A stretch of 64,000 nt of DNA from a virus (IMGVR_UViG_3300010885_031309); one strand, 5' to 3'. Shown: positions 1 to 10,645, counted from the stretch's first letter. Numbers and translations are program-made. Notes: generated by a model from the sequence alone, not told the origin.

Positions 1-196
1 GTTTTGAGAAACTTATTTGGATTTCCTGTCTGTGCAGGTAAACTAACCGGAATATCTTCCCAACTAGCAGTAGTTCCATTTGTTTTGAGAAACTTATTTG
101 GATTTCCTGTCTGTGCAGGTAAACTAACAGGAATATCTTCCCAACTAGCAGTAGTTCCATTTGTTTTGAGAAACTTATTTGGATTTCCTGTCTGTG
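1..196 (-). repeat. 81-bp coding tandem repeat, about 2.4 copies visible (TNGTTASWEDIPVSLPAQTGNPNKFLK)
   Basis: Units start at 1, 82 and 163 and are nearly identical. Confidence 0.95.
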
Positions 197-3100
197 TAGG
201 TAGTGATATAGCAGGCGGTGATGAAATCCAATTATTTCCATTCCATTTAAGAATGTCGTCTATTTGCTTAGTCGTAGTGTTGACATTTAATAACTCATCA
301 AGTGTATCACGCTGACGAACTAAGTAATTAGTTTGAGATACTATCTTTGTTGCACTTGTAACTATTTTTGCCGCTACCACTCTATTGAATGACGACGGTA
401 ATTCAGCAGTACTCGCACTAACTGTTACCGAAGTTCTGTCTCCAGCATTTTTAGTGATGTAAACATAATTAGTGGCACTGGCAATTAAATTAACACTTTG
501 AGTTGGAACAGTAGTGTAGTAACCACCAATAAACAATGGGCATTCTGTAATATATGCCACCAATCCAGTTGAGCTTTCAGCAGAAATATAAACTTGATAT
601 CTAGTAGTAGTAGCATTAAACCATTGATCCTCTGTTAACTCTGAACCAACTCCTCTGACATCACGAGATGAGACCAACGCAATGTTATCATAATTAGAGG
701 ATGATATTGCGCGATAATATCCAAGCGCCGTACTAAATCCAAATGAACTTCCTGGGTAGCCGTTTGGTTGTGTAAAGCTTCCTGCTCCAGTTGATTGAGG
801 AGCAAATCTAGTTAGATCCCCGACTGTTTCTGCTAGATTGCTGTTTGTATTAAATGATGCCCAGTACCAAGCTGATCCCCCAGTTAGCGGAATACTAAAA
901 TTAATCAATAATCTTCCATTATTTGTTAATAGCGTTGTGCCATCAAACGAAATAATATTGTTTGCGTCTCCACGACCTGTTTTACCACTGTCTATTTGTG
1001 TCTGAAAAACATTTGATGTTGCTAATTGCCACGAAGAGCCAGAATATCGTGCTATGTAAGCTAAACCAGCCGCATCGCGAACTACTGCATAAACTATTGG
1101 ACTTGATGTACTACCGTTCCACGCAGAAACTCTGTCCCAAAATACTCCAGTTTTTCCACCAAGATTACTAGGTATCACTGGCAGTGTAATTGAGGTTGCA
1201 GTATAAGTTCTAGTGTTCTGATTAGCTGTTATCGTGTGTATAGTTTGTCCTGGCATTACCCAATAATATGTAGGAGTAGTGCCAACAACCACAGTTCCAA
1301 ACGCAGAAGAATAAAAATTGTTTTTTATGAAAGTCGGTGCTGCACTCGCAGGATCCAGACTTGCATTTGCAGCATCTAATATTAGTGTGTCGTTTGTTTG
1401 CCCCTGAGCAGTAGATGTGAAAGCAGTTTTACTAAATGTTGTTTGTATTGTTTTTGATCCATATTTTACAGACTGTCCAACAAAAATAATATTATTGTCA
1501 ATTACATGTACTAAATTACTGTACAGACTTTTTGACCATGCTGAACCATCGGGAATATACTCAGAGAATGTAGTGTATTTAGATGAGTTGTTACTTCCAA
1601 AAGTCTTATAGATGTACCCGTTGCTATAAGACAACAGAAACACAGTAGCGGTTATTGCACTGTCCCATGTTCCTCGCAACACTTGAAATATATTTCCACT
1701 GTACTCATCTGTGGTAAAGTTTACGGCAAAACCAGCACCTCCACCGTTTTGACTCATACCACCATCATCAGTTTCCCATGTACTGTCTGCCAATTGATTG
1801 TATCTGAATGTGCCAGATTTGACTGGAATTAAATTAGAAGGAGTTCCTGATCCAGTTTCTATCCATGATTTTGGAACAGACCAAGATATGTCCATTGATG
1901 TATTAACTCCAACAGATGCTCCATTTTGTGTGTATATATACCATACGGTGAATTTTTGATGGAAAGTTTGCGTAAACGGATTCCAAGTAAACCCATGAAC
2001 TCCATTTGGAGCATAGGTTAACAGCGGCATAGTACTCGGAGCTATTCTGCCAGAACCTAATGTGTCAGCAGTGTTAACCATTGTGGTTTTATCATAGAGT
2101 AACTGCGATCTTAGTAATCTTTTATTGATGTCATACACTCTAAGCGTTACTTGATTTTGATCGCTACTTACACTAGACGCTAATATTCTGTCACCCGAAT
2201 TAGTAGATACCAATGAAAAGTTTGTTCTTCCATCATACAAACTAGTTACATCAGCAGCAAGAGACCAATCAGTCCAGTTGGATGAGCCATTGGTTTTTGC
2301 AATAACTACTCTGGTGTTTGTTTCTGGTTTAACTGTAGTGGAGAGTACTAGTACTACGAAAAAAGTGCCTAAGTTTAATACGTCGCGAACTTTTTCATTG
2401 CTATTCAGAAATGACGCACTGATAAATTGATTATCATATACGAATTTATCGTTTGATGTGTATCTAAAAGCACGAGCAACATTAGCTGTATTAGTTGGCG
2501 ATGATGTTGGGAAATATATTACTTGTTTACCTTCACGGTCAACAAACATAAAACTTGATGCAGCAAACCTACCCAGAGAGAATGAGAAACTTCCGTATAC
2601 AGGAATGTAATTATCTTTTAAGTATCCAGCATAGGGTGAAAAATTCAAGTAATCAGTTCTATCTACATATGCAGTAGTTGATACAGTGTCGGTAATTCCG
2701 TATCCAGCAAGAGTAGTTGGCTTATCTACTAAATTAGCAAAACTTACAAATTTCCAACTTGCGTCTGCTCCATCTGTGTGTAATACTTTATTAATATTTC
2801 CAGCTTGTGTTGGTAAAAGATTATTTAGTGCAGTCTTTTTGTCATTTGCATTGGTACCTCCATTTTGAATTGGCAATATACCATTTAACGAAACAGTTAC
2901 TGCTCCAGCAGAACCTGATACAGAAATATTGGTTCCGCCAGTTAAAGATGTAACACCAGTATTATTAATTGTTTTACCGTCAATTGAAATTCCAGCGCCG
3001 GCTGAAAACATATTCGGTCCACCGAATTGTGTGAATACTATATTTGAAGTTCCAACAGTTATAACTCCACTGGTATTCATTACCCACTGAGTGGATTCTA

Positions 3101-3848
3101 ATTCCCCCTCACCAATAAAGAATGCATCACCAGCTTTGATATTGATGGAATCGTTATAATCGTCTGTTCTGGTCAGCACATAGGGACTAGTAGTAGTTGT
3201 TACTTCATACATGCCGTTTTGCTTGGCATCAGTTTGATTTTTAACTAATACACGATCACCAAAACGAAGTGTGACACCACTAATTACTGGCAGACTTGTT
3301 GTTCCTGTTAGAGTAGCTCCAACTCCATTTGTGCCGTTTGAATATGTTGCAGTCAATGGTCCGGTTGTTCCTGCTCTAGCAGATACTCCAATTGATAGTC
3401 CATTTGCCAAATTATCTACATATTGCTTTGTTGCGGCATGCAGTCCTTGAGTTGGATCAGCATTTAATTTTAGATAGCCAGTCATTGTATCACCGGCAAT
3501 ATTAACTGCACCCAGATTTGTTCTTGCAGTCGCTTCTGTAGTAGCTCCAGTTCCACCATTTTTTATTGAAAGTGGATACTCAGATACTATATTACTTAAA
3601 ACTCCAAATTCATCAATACTTAATCCTGTTCCTATTTTTACAGAGCCAAGAGCACTTGTACTAGCTATTGGAACTAATCCAGGAGATATTGAATTTGCTG
3701 TTACTATTTCTGTATTTCCAGAATCGGCATTTCCAATAAATAATCTTTTCTGATCCGTTGCCCATCCTAATTCACCCGAATCAAGCTGGGGAAGCTCAGA
3801 ATAGTTACCGGTTTTATTAATTATCTTGCTTATTTGAAGTATTGTCAT
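1..3848 (-). CDS. Long tail fibre / fibre-like structural protein, 3' end runs off the window (absent from ORF track)
   Basis: ATG at 3848 gives MTILQISKIINKTGNYSELPQLDSGELGWATDQKRLFIG. The same frame reads the terminal 27-aa repeats at 1-196. Gly/Thr-rich fibre motifs (GGTGATT, HAATKQYVD, LVKNQTDAKQNG). Not every codon was checked for stops. Confidence 0.8.
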   Translation of the reverse strand, partial: MTILQISKIINKTGNYSELPQLDSGELGWATDQKRLFIGNADSGNTEIVTANSISPGLVPIASTSALGSVKIGTGLSIDEFGVLSNIVSEYPLSIKNGGTGATTEATARTNLGAVNIAGDTMTGYLKLNADPTQGLHAATKQYVDNLANGLSIGVSARAGTTGPLTATYSNGTNGVGATLTGTTSLPVISGVTLRFGDRVLVKNQTDAKQNGMYEVTTTTSPYVLTRTDDYNDSINIKAGDAFFIGEGELESTQWVMNTSGVITVGTSNIVFTQFGGPNMFSAGAGISIDGKTINNTGVTSLTGGTNISVSGSAGAVTVSLNGILPIQNGGTNANDKKTALNNLLPTQAGNINKVLHTDGADASWKFVSFANLVDKPTTLAGYGITDTVSTTAYVDRTDYLNFSPYAGYLKDNYIPVYGSFSFSLGRFAASSFMFVDREGKQVIYFPTSSPTNTANVARAFRYTSNDKFVYDNQFISASFLNSNEKVRDVLNLGTFFVVLVLSTTVKPETNTRVVIAKTNGSSNWTDWSLAADVTSLYDGRTNFSLVSTNSGDRILASSVSSDQNQVTLRVYDINKRLLRSQLLYDKTTMVNTADTLGSGRIAPSTMPLLTYAPNGVHGFTWNPFTQTFHQKFTVWYIYTQNGASVGVNTSMDISWSVPKSWIETGSGTPSNLIPVKSGTFRYNQLADSTWETDDGGMSQNGGGAGFAVNFTTDEYSGNIFQVLRGTWDSAITATVFLLSYSNGYIYKTFGSNNSSKYTTFSEYIPDGSAWSKSLYSNLVHVIDNNIIFVGQSVKYGSKTIQTTFSKTAFTSTAQGQTNDTLILDAANASLDPASAAPTFIKNNFYSSAFGTVVVGTTPTYYWVMPGQTIHTITANQNTRTYTATSITLPVIPSNLGGKTGVFWDRVSAWNGSTSSPIVYAVVRDAAGLAYIARYSGSSWQLATSNVFQTQIDSGKTGRGDANNIISFDGTTLLTNNGRLLINFSIPLTGGSAWYWASFNTNSNLAETVGDLTRFAPQSTGAGSFTQPNGYPGSSFGFSTALGYYRAISSSNYDNIALVSSRDVRGVGSELTEDQWFNATTTRYQVYISAESSTGLVAYITECPLFIGGYYTTVPTQSVNLIASATNYVYITKNAGDRTSVTVSASTAELPSSFNRVVAAKIVTSATKIVSQTNYLVRQRDTLDELLNVNTTTKQIDDILKWNGNNWISSPPAISLPTQTGNPNKFLKTNGTTASWEDIPVSLPAQTGNPNKFLKTNGTTASWEDIPVSLPAQTGNPNKFLK

Positions 3849-3902
3849 AGTAATACTATTTATGCAAGTAGATTATTAATAATCCGATACTATTAGGACA
3901 TA

Positions 3903-4622
3903 TCAAGTAATGTTAGACAAGTAATACTGTTCTACTCTTTTCCACCACATATCAGTGTATCGTGTAAACTCAGAACCCTCTAGTATAAATTCCTGATATT
4001 CTGGGTCGCGTGTCATTACTCCGCGGTCGTTGACATCTGGACGAACACACATCATAATCACGCCGCGATTTATAGCAGTATCATAGACTTCATTGTGTGC
4101 TTGAGCATATGCACACAATTGCATAAAATAATCATCTATCCATTCACGCTTTTTTGGCTTGTTGGTTTGCTTAAAGTCAATGATACTTTGTTGAGAAGCA
4201 TGAACACCAACGCAATCAGTTGTGCCAGCATATACTTTTGGAAAATATAGCGAAACTTCTATGCCCCAGAATTCATCACAATTGCTTAAGCCACTGCTGA
4301 TGACTGTTTCAGCCATGTGCCAACTGGGATGATGAAATGGATTTTGAGGTTTATCTGCTAATTTACCGTCACGAATATAATGCTCTAAAAATGTGTGCAT
4401 TTTGGTTCCGCGATTTGCAGCCTCAGTGGTTATTTGCTGAGCCCGTTCAGTTCCAACTCGTTTCTTCCATTCGGTTAATTGCTTAATACGCTCCGCTGGT
4501 TTTGTAGCATCAAGTATAGTAGTTACACTTGGAAGATGTGTGTCGTCGGGAGTAACATATCGTCGTTTACCGTCTATTTCTTTACGGGTAAGAGTTTTGT
4601 AGTTAAATTTTGGATTGTACAT
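3903..4622 (-). CDS. PD-(D/E)XK exonuclease
   Basis: LPSVTTIL, AANRGTKMH, E..YAGTTD..IIDFKQ and QLCAYAQA motifs. Start refined to MYNPKF. Confidence 0.85.
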   Translation of the reverse strand: MYNPKFNYKTLTRKEIDGKRRYVTPDDTHLPSVTTILDATKPAERIKQLTEWKKRVGTERAQQITTEAANRGTKMHTFLEHYIRDGKLADKPQNPFHHPSWHMAETVISSGLSNCDEFWGIEVSLYFPKVYAGTTDCVGVHASQQSIIDFKQTNKPKKREWIDDYFMQLCAYAQAHNEVYDTAINRGVIMMCVRPDVNDRGVMTRDPEYQEFILEGSEFTRYTDMWWKRVEQYYLSNIT

Positions 4623-4627
4623 AGTAA

Positions 4628-4659
4628 AACAGCATAACATAATGTTATGCTGTTGTCAA
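4628..4659 (-). promoter_or_regulatory. sigma70-like promoter TTGACA-17-TATGCT overlapped by a perfect 13-bp inverted repeat
   Basis: AACAGCATAACAT-A-ATGTTATGCTGTT at 4628-4654; -35 at 4654-4659; -10 at 4631-4636. Confidence 0.65.
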
Positions 4660-4675
4660 TTCTATTTTTTTAGAA

Positions 4676-5029
4676 TTATCGTTTTTTAGTTGCTCGCTTG
4701 GCCATTTTTTCTAGAGTATTGGCTTGATGTTCTGCTTCGCTTTCTTTATCAGAAAAATTGTCAACCGAAAGATCACTGTCATTCTCATCTTTAAATATCA
4801 ATTCACCATCTTTTATACTGACCACTTTACTCAAAGGAGGATTTTCAATCATTTTAGCAAACAACTCTTCATCAACATCCATTCCTCGTTTATGAAGAGC
4901 ATCTAACACTGTTTTAACACTATAATGATTGTTGTACCCCGTGTCCTTAATACGATTCAACATCATCCCAATAACACCGAATAATATAGTCTCGTGACTG
5001 ACATCAGAGTCAAACTCATATAGTTTCAT
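4676..5029 (-). CDS. Hypothetical protein (MKLYEF leader)
   Basis: 117-aa ORF tightly packed in an operon. Confidence 0.75.
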   Translation of the reverse strand: MKLYEFDSDVSHETILFGVIGMMLNRIKDTGYNNHYSVKTVLDALHKRGMDVDEELFAKMIENPPLSKVVSIKDGELIFKDENDSDLSVDNFSDKESEAEHQANTLEKMAKRATKKR

Positions 5030-5030
5030 G

Positions 5031-5741
5031 TTATCTACGCTCGCGTCCTAGATTACTTGATATTTCTTCTGGTTCCTCTGGCTCTTCTGGAAGCTCTGGC
5101 AACTCAGGTAATTCTTCATCAGATGTTTCTTCATCTGGCATTTCACCTGACATTTCATCTGACATATCTGATGGCTGATTAGCATCTGGCATCATGCCGC
5201 CCTCTCCAGTAATACTACCAAGAGATCCTTCTAATGAGTCCTTTGCTGTTTTAAGAGCCTGTTGCAGTGCAGTTAACGCTTCGCTAGCAGAGCTATTGAA
5301 CTGAGAAACATCTGTTTCTTCAAATTCACTGCAACTCTTCATGCCACCAACAACAGCATTTAGTTCTTCAACATTCATTTTGCTAACTTGCTCAAGCATT
5401 TTTTGAACACTGTCAATCATGTCTTGTGCAGCTAATACAACTTGAGATTTTTGAACCTCTTCGTTTTCTACAACAATTCGTGTCTGAGCGCGCAAATCAC
5501 GCAAGTGCCCAGATAGAGCCTGCTCTATCATTAGTAATTTTAAGTAAGCAGGATCGCGATGACTTGAGTGTACGCGACTACTAATTTTGGACTCTTTGAT
5601 TAGCGTTCTAACTTTTGTTAACATTCCATGTGTTCTTCGTAAATCTAGTTTACTTAGTTTCATGTCATAGTTAAAACTTTCACGCAATACTTTGATAGCC
5701 AACTTGCTCTTTTTGCTTTCCTGAAGGTCTGTTAAGTTCAT
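5031..5741 (-). CDS. Hypothetical late protein with acidic C-terminus
   Basis: 236 aa; GAGGA SD and upstream TAAATA; coiled-coil middle. Confidence 0.8.
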   Translation of the reverse strand: MNLTDLQESKKSKLAIKVLRESFNYDMKLSKLDLRRTHGMLTKVRTLIKESKISSRVHSSHRDPAYLKLLMIEQALSGHLRDLRAQTRIVVENEEVQKSQVVLAAQDMIDSVQKMLEQVSKMNVEELNAVVGGMKSCSEFEETDVSQFNSSASEALTALQQALKTAKDSLEGSLGSITGEGGMMPDANQPSDMSDEMSGEMPDEETSDEELPELPELPEEPEEPEEISSNLGRERR

Positions 5742-6183
5742 TTTGAAATCCTCGTTCTTGGCATATTTTAGCCACTGTGATGTATTTATTCAATTCATGC
5801 TGAAATTTATTTTGCCTAATCAAATCTTGCTCATACTTGACGGAATACAGCAAATAATCTGATTTAAGATTTTTTTTAAGTCGTTGATGAATTGCTTTGT
5901 CAACATTAATACTTTCCAATAACAAATCTAATTCTAACACTCTATTTGCTTCGTAGAACTTATCGTGCTTGTCAAGTATCGCCCATACAGTGGCATTTTT
6001 TATTTTGTTAAAGGTAAACTCACGCTCATCGCGATGTCTGTACACAACAAAAACTCCTTTAGTTTTGAATATCTTGTATTTCTCAAAAAGCACATAAGAA
6101 TCGTCATCGTTATATATCAAGCAATTTAACAGTGTAGGTGTCACTAATTTACTAATTTTGTCAATGTGTTCAAGTTTATTCAT
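5680..6183 (-). CDS. Hypothetical protein
   Basis: 167-aa ORF whose start overlaps the upstream stop. Confidence 0.7.
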   Translation of the reverse strand: MNKLEHIDKISKLVTPTLLNCLIYNDDDSYVLFEKYKIFKTKGVFVVYRHRDEREFTFNKIKNATVWAILDKHDKFYEANRVLELDLLLESINVDKAIHQRLKKNLKSDYLLYSVKYEQDLIRQNKFQHELNKYITVAKICQERGFQNELNRPSGKQKEQVGYQSIA

Positions 6184-6625
6184 CGCGTTCTACTTCAAAG
6201 TGAATGTTTTTTAGGTTCAATGATATATTTATCTGCGACTGTTGATCAACAGTTTCGTCCAATCTTAACAGCATTGGAACTCCATCACAATCCGAGAATA
6301 AATTTCCAAGTTCATTGTTACCGTCATTAAACACCCCACTGTGATGAATGGTAAATGAGAATGACCAAATATAAACTTCGTTGTCTTGTTTTGTATATTG
6401 ACTACCCCATCTAGTGTCATTTCTAATAGAAACTAAAGTTTTTTTGGGTTCAGTGATATTTTCTGGCTGGCTTCGCATGCTTATTATTTGAAGCACTGTT
6501 TCAAAATTAGTTTGCTGATTTCTCTGCTTTACATAAAGAGTAGAATCTTGCACATTGTACGAAGTTCTTCTATTGCTTATATTTGTCTTAGTAATATCAA
6601 AAAGTGTGTAACATTTAATTTTCAT
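6176..6625 (-). CDS. Hypothetical protein
   Basis: Start refined to MKIKCYTLFDIT, 7 nt after GTAAATA. Confidence 0.75.
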   Translation of the reverse strand: MKIKCYTLFDITKTNISNRRTSYNVQDSTLYVKQRNQQTNFETVLQIISMRSQPENITEPKKTLVSIRNDTRWGSQYTKQDNEVYIWSFSFTIHHSGVFNDGNNELGNLFSDCDGVPMLLRLDETVDQQSQINISLNLKNIHFEVERDE

Positions 6626-6647
6626 AATATAGTATTTACGGACAAAT

Positions 6648-6676
6648 AAAAAACCCAGGAAATTCCTGGGCTTTTT
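6648..6676. terminator. Rho-independent terminator, probably bidirectional
   Basis: AAAAAA-CCCAGG-AAATT-CCTGGG-CTTTTT. Confidence 0.8.
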
Positions 6677-6695
6677 AATCATTTAAATTAAATGA

Positions 6696-7085
6696 TTAGG
6701 CTAGAGTGCCGGCGTTGACGAAAGCGCCACTTAGATCGTAGCCATTAACTGTACCTAGAGCACGAACTGCTATCTGTAATGCGGCCGCTGCGTCTCCACC
6801 TGTTGGGTACATAGCAACACGATATGCGCCGTCGTTGTTGAACTGATACATGTGAACTGTACTCATTTGAGCAAATACACGCAATACAGCTTCAACTGCG
6901 CCGCCTGTACCAAATTGACTACTAACGCCTGATGCACCTAGGTCACCAGTGTAGAACTCTAACTTTGGACCGGCTGGTTGAATTGGAACTCCGGCTGAAC
7001 CAGATGTTGTTCCGTTAACATATTGTGCTACATCATATACGGCTACGCCACTTGCGTCACCATTTGATCTTGAAAATCCTGCCAT
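6696..7085 (-). CDS. Small Gly/Ala-rich virion protein (possible head decoration)
   Basis: 129 aa; AAGGAG SD, late promoter, own terminator, codon usage like the capsid gene. Confidence 0.6.
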   Translation of the reverse strand: MAGFSRSNGDASGVAVYDVAQYVNGTTSGSAGVPIQPAGPKLEFYTGDLGASGVSSQFGTGGAVEAVLRVFAQMSTVHMYQFNNDGAYRVAMYPTGGDAAAALQIAVRALGTVNGYDLSGAFVNAGTLA

Positions 7086-7162
7086 GATAAATCTCCTTAA
7101 TAGTGTGAGGTCATGTACCTCTACATTTATTTATCAGTTTTATAAAAAAATATAGTCAGAGA

Positions 7163-7993
7163 TTATATTGTAAGATTGTCGTATGCTGCGTGATATTGTA
7201 TGTTTAACTTCTTTATAGAGTCAGCATGTTTCATTTCAGCACTTGCAATGCCGCTAGTCATATCAACCCAAGATTTTCTTGTAAAGTCAAACTCAAATTT
7301 TCTAGTTCCACCAATTTGCAGAGTAGGATTATCAGTTATTGGATTACCTTTCATTGGTCCACTAGGAATTGTTCCACCGTGACTTGAATTATTAGTATCT
7401 CTATATTTTTCCCATGCTGCTTGATCTGGAGGAGCATCATCGTCCAGTGAAGTAGCTCCGTCATCTGCATCTTGCTGTGTCTTAGCTGCACTCATAACAA
7501 TAGTCCAATGTCTATCAGCCAATGGCTTTGCTAGTCTGTTAAAATAACCAGGAATATTTACTTTTTTTGCTAACGCCGTTCTATATTCATTTGCAAATTT
7601 TGTAATATCAGCATCCAAATCAGTAATTTGATCTGGAGTCATAGATACTTTTTCTTTTTGGATCTGACTAACCATGTAATCTTTGACTACTTGCTCAATA
7701 GTTTTTGCAGTAGCTTCGGTTAGTATGATTGACTCTAGCAAATTATTAAATTTCTGATAGTCGCTCATACTTTCTGTTAGACCGCTAGCAGATTTTCTCT
7801 CTGCATCCAATACTTGCTTAAGTCCAATTAAAAACCCTTGAAGAAATTTTTGATATGCAAGCTGCTGATCTGCTTTGGCATATGCTAATGCTTGATTGGT
7901 TGATCCAAGAAAACCACTACGAGCAGGTGCTGACTTGATTGCATTCCAAATATTACCTAACATGCCCTCATCAACAAATTCATTGCTTTTCAT
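7163..7993 (-). CDS. Hypothetical protein, putative internal head protein (MKSNEFVDE leader)
   Basis: 276-aa ORF with internal LTE sites. Confidence 0.7.
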   Translation of the reverse strand: MKSNEFVDEGMLGNIWNAIKSAPARSGFLGSTNQALAYAKADQQLAYQKFLQGFLIGLKQVLDAERKSASGLTESMSDYQKFNNLLESIILTEATAKTIEQVVKDYMVSQIQKEKVSMTPDQITDLDADITKFANEYRTALAKKVNIPGYFNRLAKPLADRHWTIVMSAAKTQQDADDGATSLDDDAPPDQAAWEKYRDTNNSSHGGTIPSGPMKGNPITDNPTLQIGGTRKFEFDFTRKSWVDMTSGIASAEMKHADSIKKLNIQYHAAYDNLTI

Positions 7994-8237
7994 TTGAGTC
8001 CTCAGAACGCTTTAAGCTACGAACAAATTTTCCTTGATCGCGATTTTTAATAGCAATCAATAATTTTTTTTCTAGTATGGCAGCCTGTTCGGAATCATAA
8101 TTACGCTCAATTACTTCCAATAAATGAATTGCACTTGAAATAATATTAACAGCACGATTTTCAATGATATGTTTAGTATCATGGTTTCTACCAATGCTCT
8201 CAAGCTCTTCTAACAGACTTTTTGTATTGCGCTTCAT
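7980..8237 (-). CDS. Hypothetical protein
   Basis: 85 aa; ATAAATA 5 nt upstream of ATG. Confidence 0.75.
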   Translation of the reverse strand: MKRNTKSLLEELESIGRNHDTKHIIENRAVNIISSAIHLLEVIERNYDSEQAAILEKKLLIAIKNRDQGKFVRSLKRSEDSNEKQ

Positions 8238-8262
8238 AATTATATTTATCTCAGTGACACAA

Positions 8263-9689
8263 TTAAGTATTCTGCTTTAAGTTATTAAGCATTGCTTTTA
8301 ATTTTGCACTTTGAGTATCGGCAACAACTGGTTTTGCAGATGATAAAATCTCTCCAGTATTAGAGTCAATCTTTGGAGAAACAGCCGTTCCTACACTGCT
8401 GCTGGTTTTAATTTTATTCAACAGAGAACTTGCACTGTTACTGCTGGCAGTGTAACCAGTACTATCACCGTCATCAAAGATTTTTAGAGTGTCAACATTA
8501 AAAGACAAATCAATCTTTTGACCTACACCACTTGATGAACGAGTCTTCATCAATTGAATTTGATATTGTCCCTTTTCTCTCATATGACGACTGGTAAAAA
8601 TGCCGAACACATTATCAGCCGTGTTAATTTTTGAGATACCGCCGCTGATATGACTGTGATCAAATTCAATTTCTTCAACAGCCGAACGATTAAGCTGACT
8701 AGCCGTTACCAACAACACATTCAATTCTTTTGCCAAGTTACGAATTTCCTCACTGACATATTTGTCTTTAATAAACAGATCACTGGGGCTAACTTTTGTA
8801 CTTACTGGCATTAACAAATCCAAATAATCAATACACACAAAATCTATTGTAACTCCAGTTTCAATACTTAGAGTTTTAATGTAGGCGCGAATGTCATTAA
8901 CATTGCTTTGTGCCGGCATGTATTTAATCCAAAATCTACCTGCTTTTTTGGCAGTCATCTTAACTTTTAATTCAACATCGTCCAAATTCTTAAAAACATC
9001 TTTGGTTGATGTATCAGTCATCATACTATCAATACGCCATGCACATAGTTCCTCACTCAGTTCTAGTGTAACGTATACACCATTTAGACCAGCAAGTGCC
9101 CAATTTACACTGAGATTTTGCATGAACAATGATTTGCCGCTACCAGAACCACCAGCAAATATTTGCAACTCACCACGATTGAAACCTCCGTATAATTTGT
9201 TGTCTAGGCAGGGCCATCCAGTGCTTATTTGCCCGTTGTTATTTTTAATCTTATTCAATCTAGCTCGTGGGTCAGCAAAGTAATCAGTGCCCATGTCTTT
9301 TGTAAGAGAAATTTGCACTGCATCTTTGATTAGCTTTTCTACCGGGTCATAGTTACCCTTCTCAAGCAAATCAGCACTCTTAAAGATTGCTCGTTCTAAT
9401 TCTTTCTTGCGAGTAAACTTTTCAAATTCATCTAGAAACCATCAATATCACTTTTGCGTAAGTCATCAATGCACTTCAGACTGAGACCCGTAGTTGCATG
9501 AATTTGATCGCTGTCAGGAACACTAGTATACTTTTCAGCAAACTCTTTAATAAACTTTACTGTTGGTCTGAGACTTTTGTCAAAATTGTCACTGTTCAAA
9601 ATATTAGTAATTCGTGTATACAACTGCGAGTCGCTAATCATCATTCGCAAGAACAATTCTTGTAGCTCTACTCCATACTCTTGACTCAT
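8263..9689 (-). CDS. gp41: Replicative DNA helicase (T4 gp41/DnaB-like), split by a one-base frameshift near 9441
   Basis: Walker A AGGSGSGKS, TLELSE, IDYLDL and TASQLNR motifs in 8263-9369. That frame stays open upstream to 9441 (WFLDEFEKFTRKKELERAIFKSADLLEK). The N-terminal 85 aa lie in another frame (9432-9689). The joined product is ~475 aa. Confidence 0.85.
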
Positions 9690-10645
9690 TTTAATCTCTT
9701 TCTTGCCAACTCTACTTTTATTTTACTACTGGTAGCATGTTGAAATATGCTCATTAGAGTTATTATTTTACCATATTTTCTAACAGCATCATTTACATCT
9801 TTTACATCACTGTCCCACTGTGGAATACTGACTTTGTATCCAAGTTCCAAAGCACGGTCGCAAACTTGTAATCCACTACTGTCTTGATCGGGCACAACTA
9901 TTATAGTTCTATGTAATCTATTAATTAATAGTGCTTGTTCATCACTGATATTACTACCCATATACGCACACCCTCCTATACTAAGAGCATCAAGCTGACC
10001 TTCTACAAAAATACAACTGGTCCAATTGCTTTTTTGTGCGTCTATATTAAATACATATCCAGGTGCCTGATCAGAAATATACTTAGGCTTTTTGCCATCT
10101 ATAAATCTACAGGTATGTCCAACTATTTCATTGTTATAGAAATACGGAATAATAATTCCAGGTCTAGTGGCGTGTTCATCTACATGATACGGATAAGCAG
10201 TTGGATCTAGCCCGCGATTAATCAAATAATCAATATAGGGTTTGTGACTATACTCGCGACTGTCTATTCTGACACTAGTGTCATTTAAACTTTTTCTTGG
10301 AAAATTAGCAACTAGTGCCTTGATAGTCTTTTGTCTTATCTCCAACACATCACGCTTACTAAAGCTCTCAAAGCTTATTTTATTGATGTGATCTTCGTCC
10401 AATCCACACCAACTTAACAATAGTCGTGTGTGTTTTGTTAATTGTTTTCCGAGTTGAAACCCAGCTTTGAAATGACAATTAAAGCAATTGTAGCTCCAAT
10501 TTTGTTCATCATCAAAAATAATTCCGCCGCGACCGCGACGATCAGCGTTATGACCGCGATTTGTGCAGCACGGAGCATTGAAGCTATACCACCCACTGGG
10601 AGTATGCTTCTTTTTACCCGGAATAATAGACAATATATCTAACAT
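9686..10645 (-). CDS. gp61: DNA primase
   Basis: N-terminal Zn motif (CC..H..D....NCFNC), IIIPY, TOPRIM VEGQLDA and DQD, KDVND. Confidence 0.85.
   Translation of the reverse strand: MLDILSIIPGKKKHTPSGWYSFNAPCCTNRGHNADRRGRGGIIFDDEQNWSYNCFNCHFKAGFQLGKQLTKHTRLLLSWCGLDEDHINKISFESFSKRDVLEIRQKTIKALVANFPRKSLNDTSVRIDSREYSHKPYIDYLINRGLDPTAYPYHVDEHATRPGIIIPYFYNNEIVGHTCRFIDGKKPKYISDQAPGYVFNIDAQKSNWTSCIFVEGQLDALSIGGCAYMGSNISDEQALLINRLHRTIIVVPDQDSSGLQVCDRALELGYKVSIPQWDSDVKDVNDAVRKYGKIITLMSIFQHATSSKIKVELARKRLK

Noticed and set aside
4-2868. Small plus-strand ORFs 4-315, 962-1171, 1417-1611 and 2686-2868
   Set aside because: They are antisense to the long fibre gene.
1-3848. Diversity-generating retroelement target in the fibre genes
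   Set aside because: No reverse transcriptase and no template/variable repeat pair with adenine-specific mismatches in this window.
3903-4622. Cas4 / CRISPR adaptation gene
   Set aside because: It is a generic phage PD-(D/E)XK exonuclease; no four-Cys Fe-S pattern and no array.
9432-9434. TAG reassignment (alternative genetic code) to explain the split helicase
   Set aside because: The continuation is in a different frame, read-through gives non-homologous sequence, and gp46 ends normally at TAG (50115-50117).
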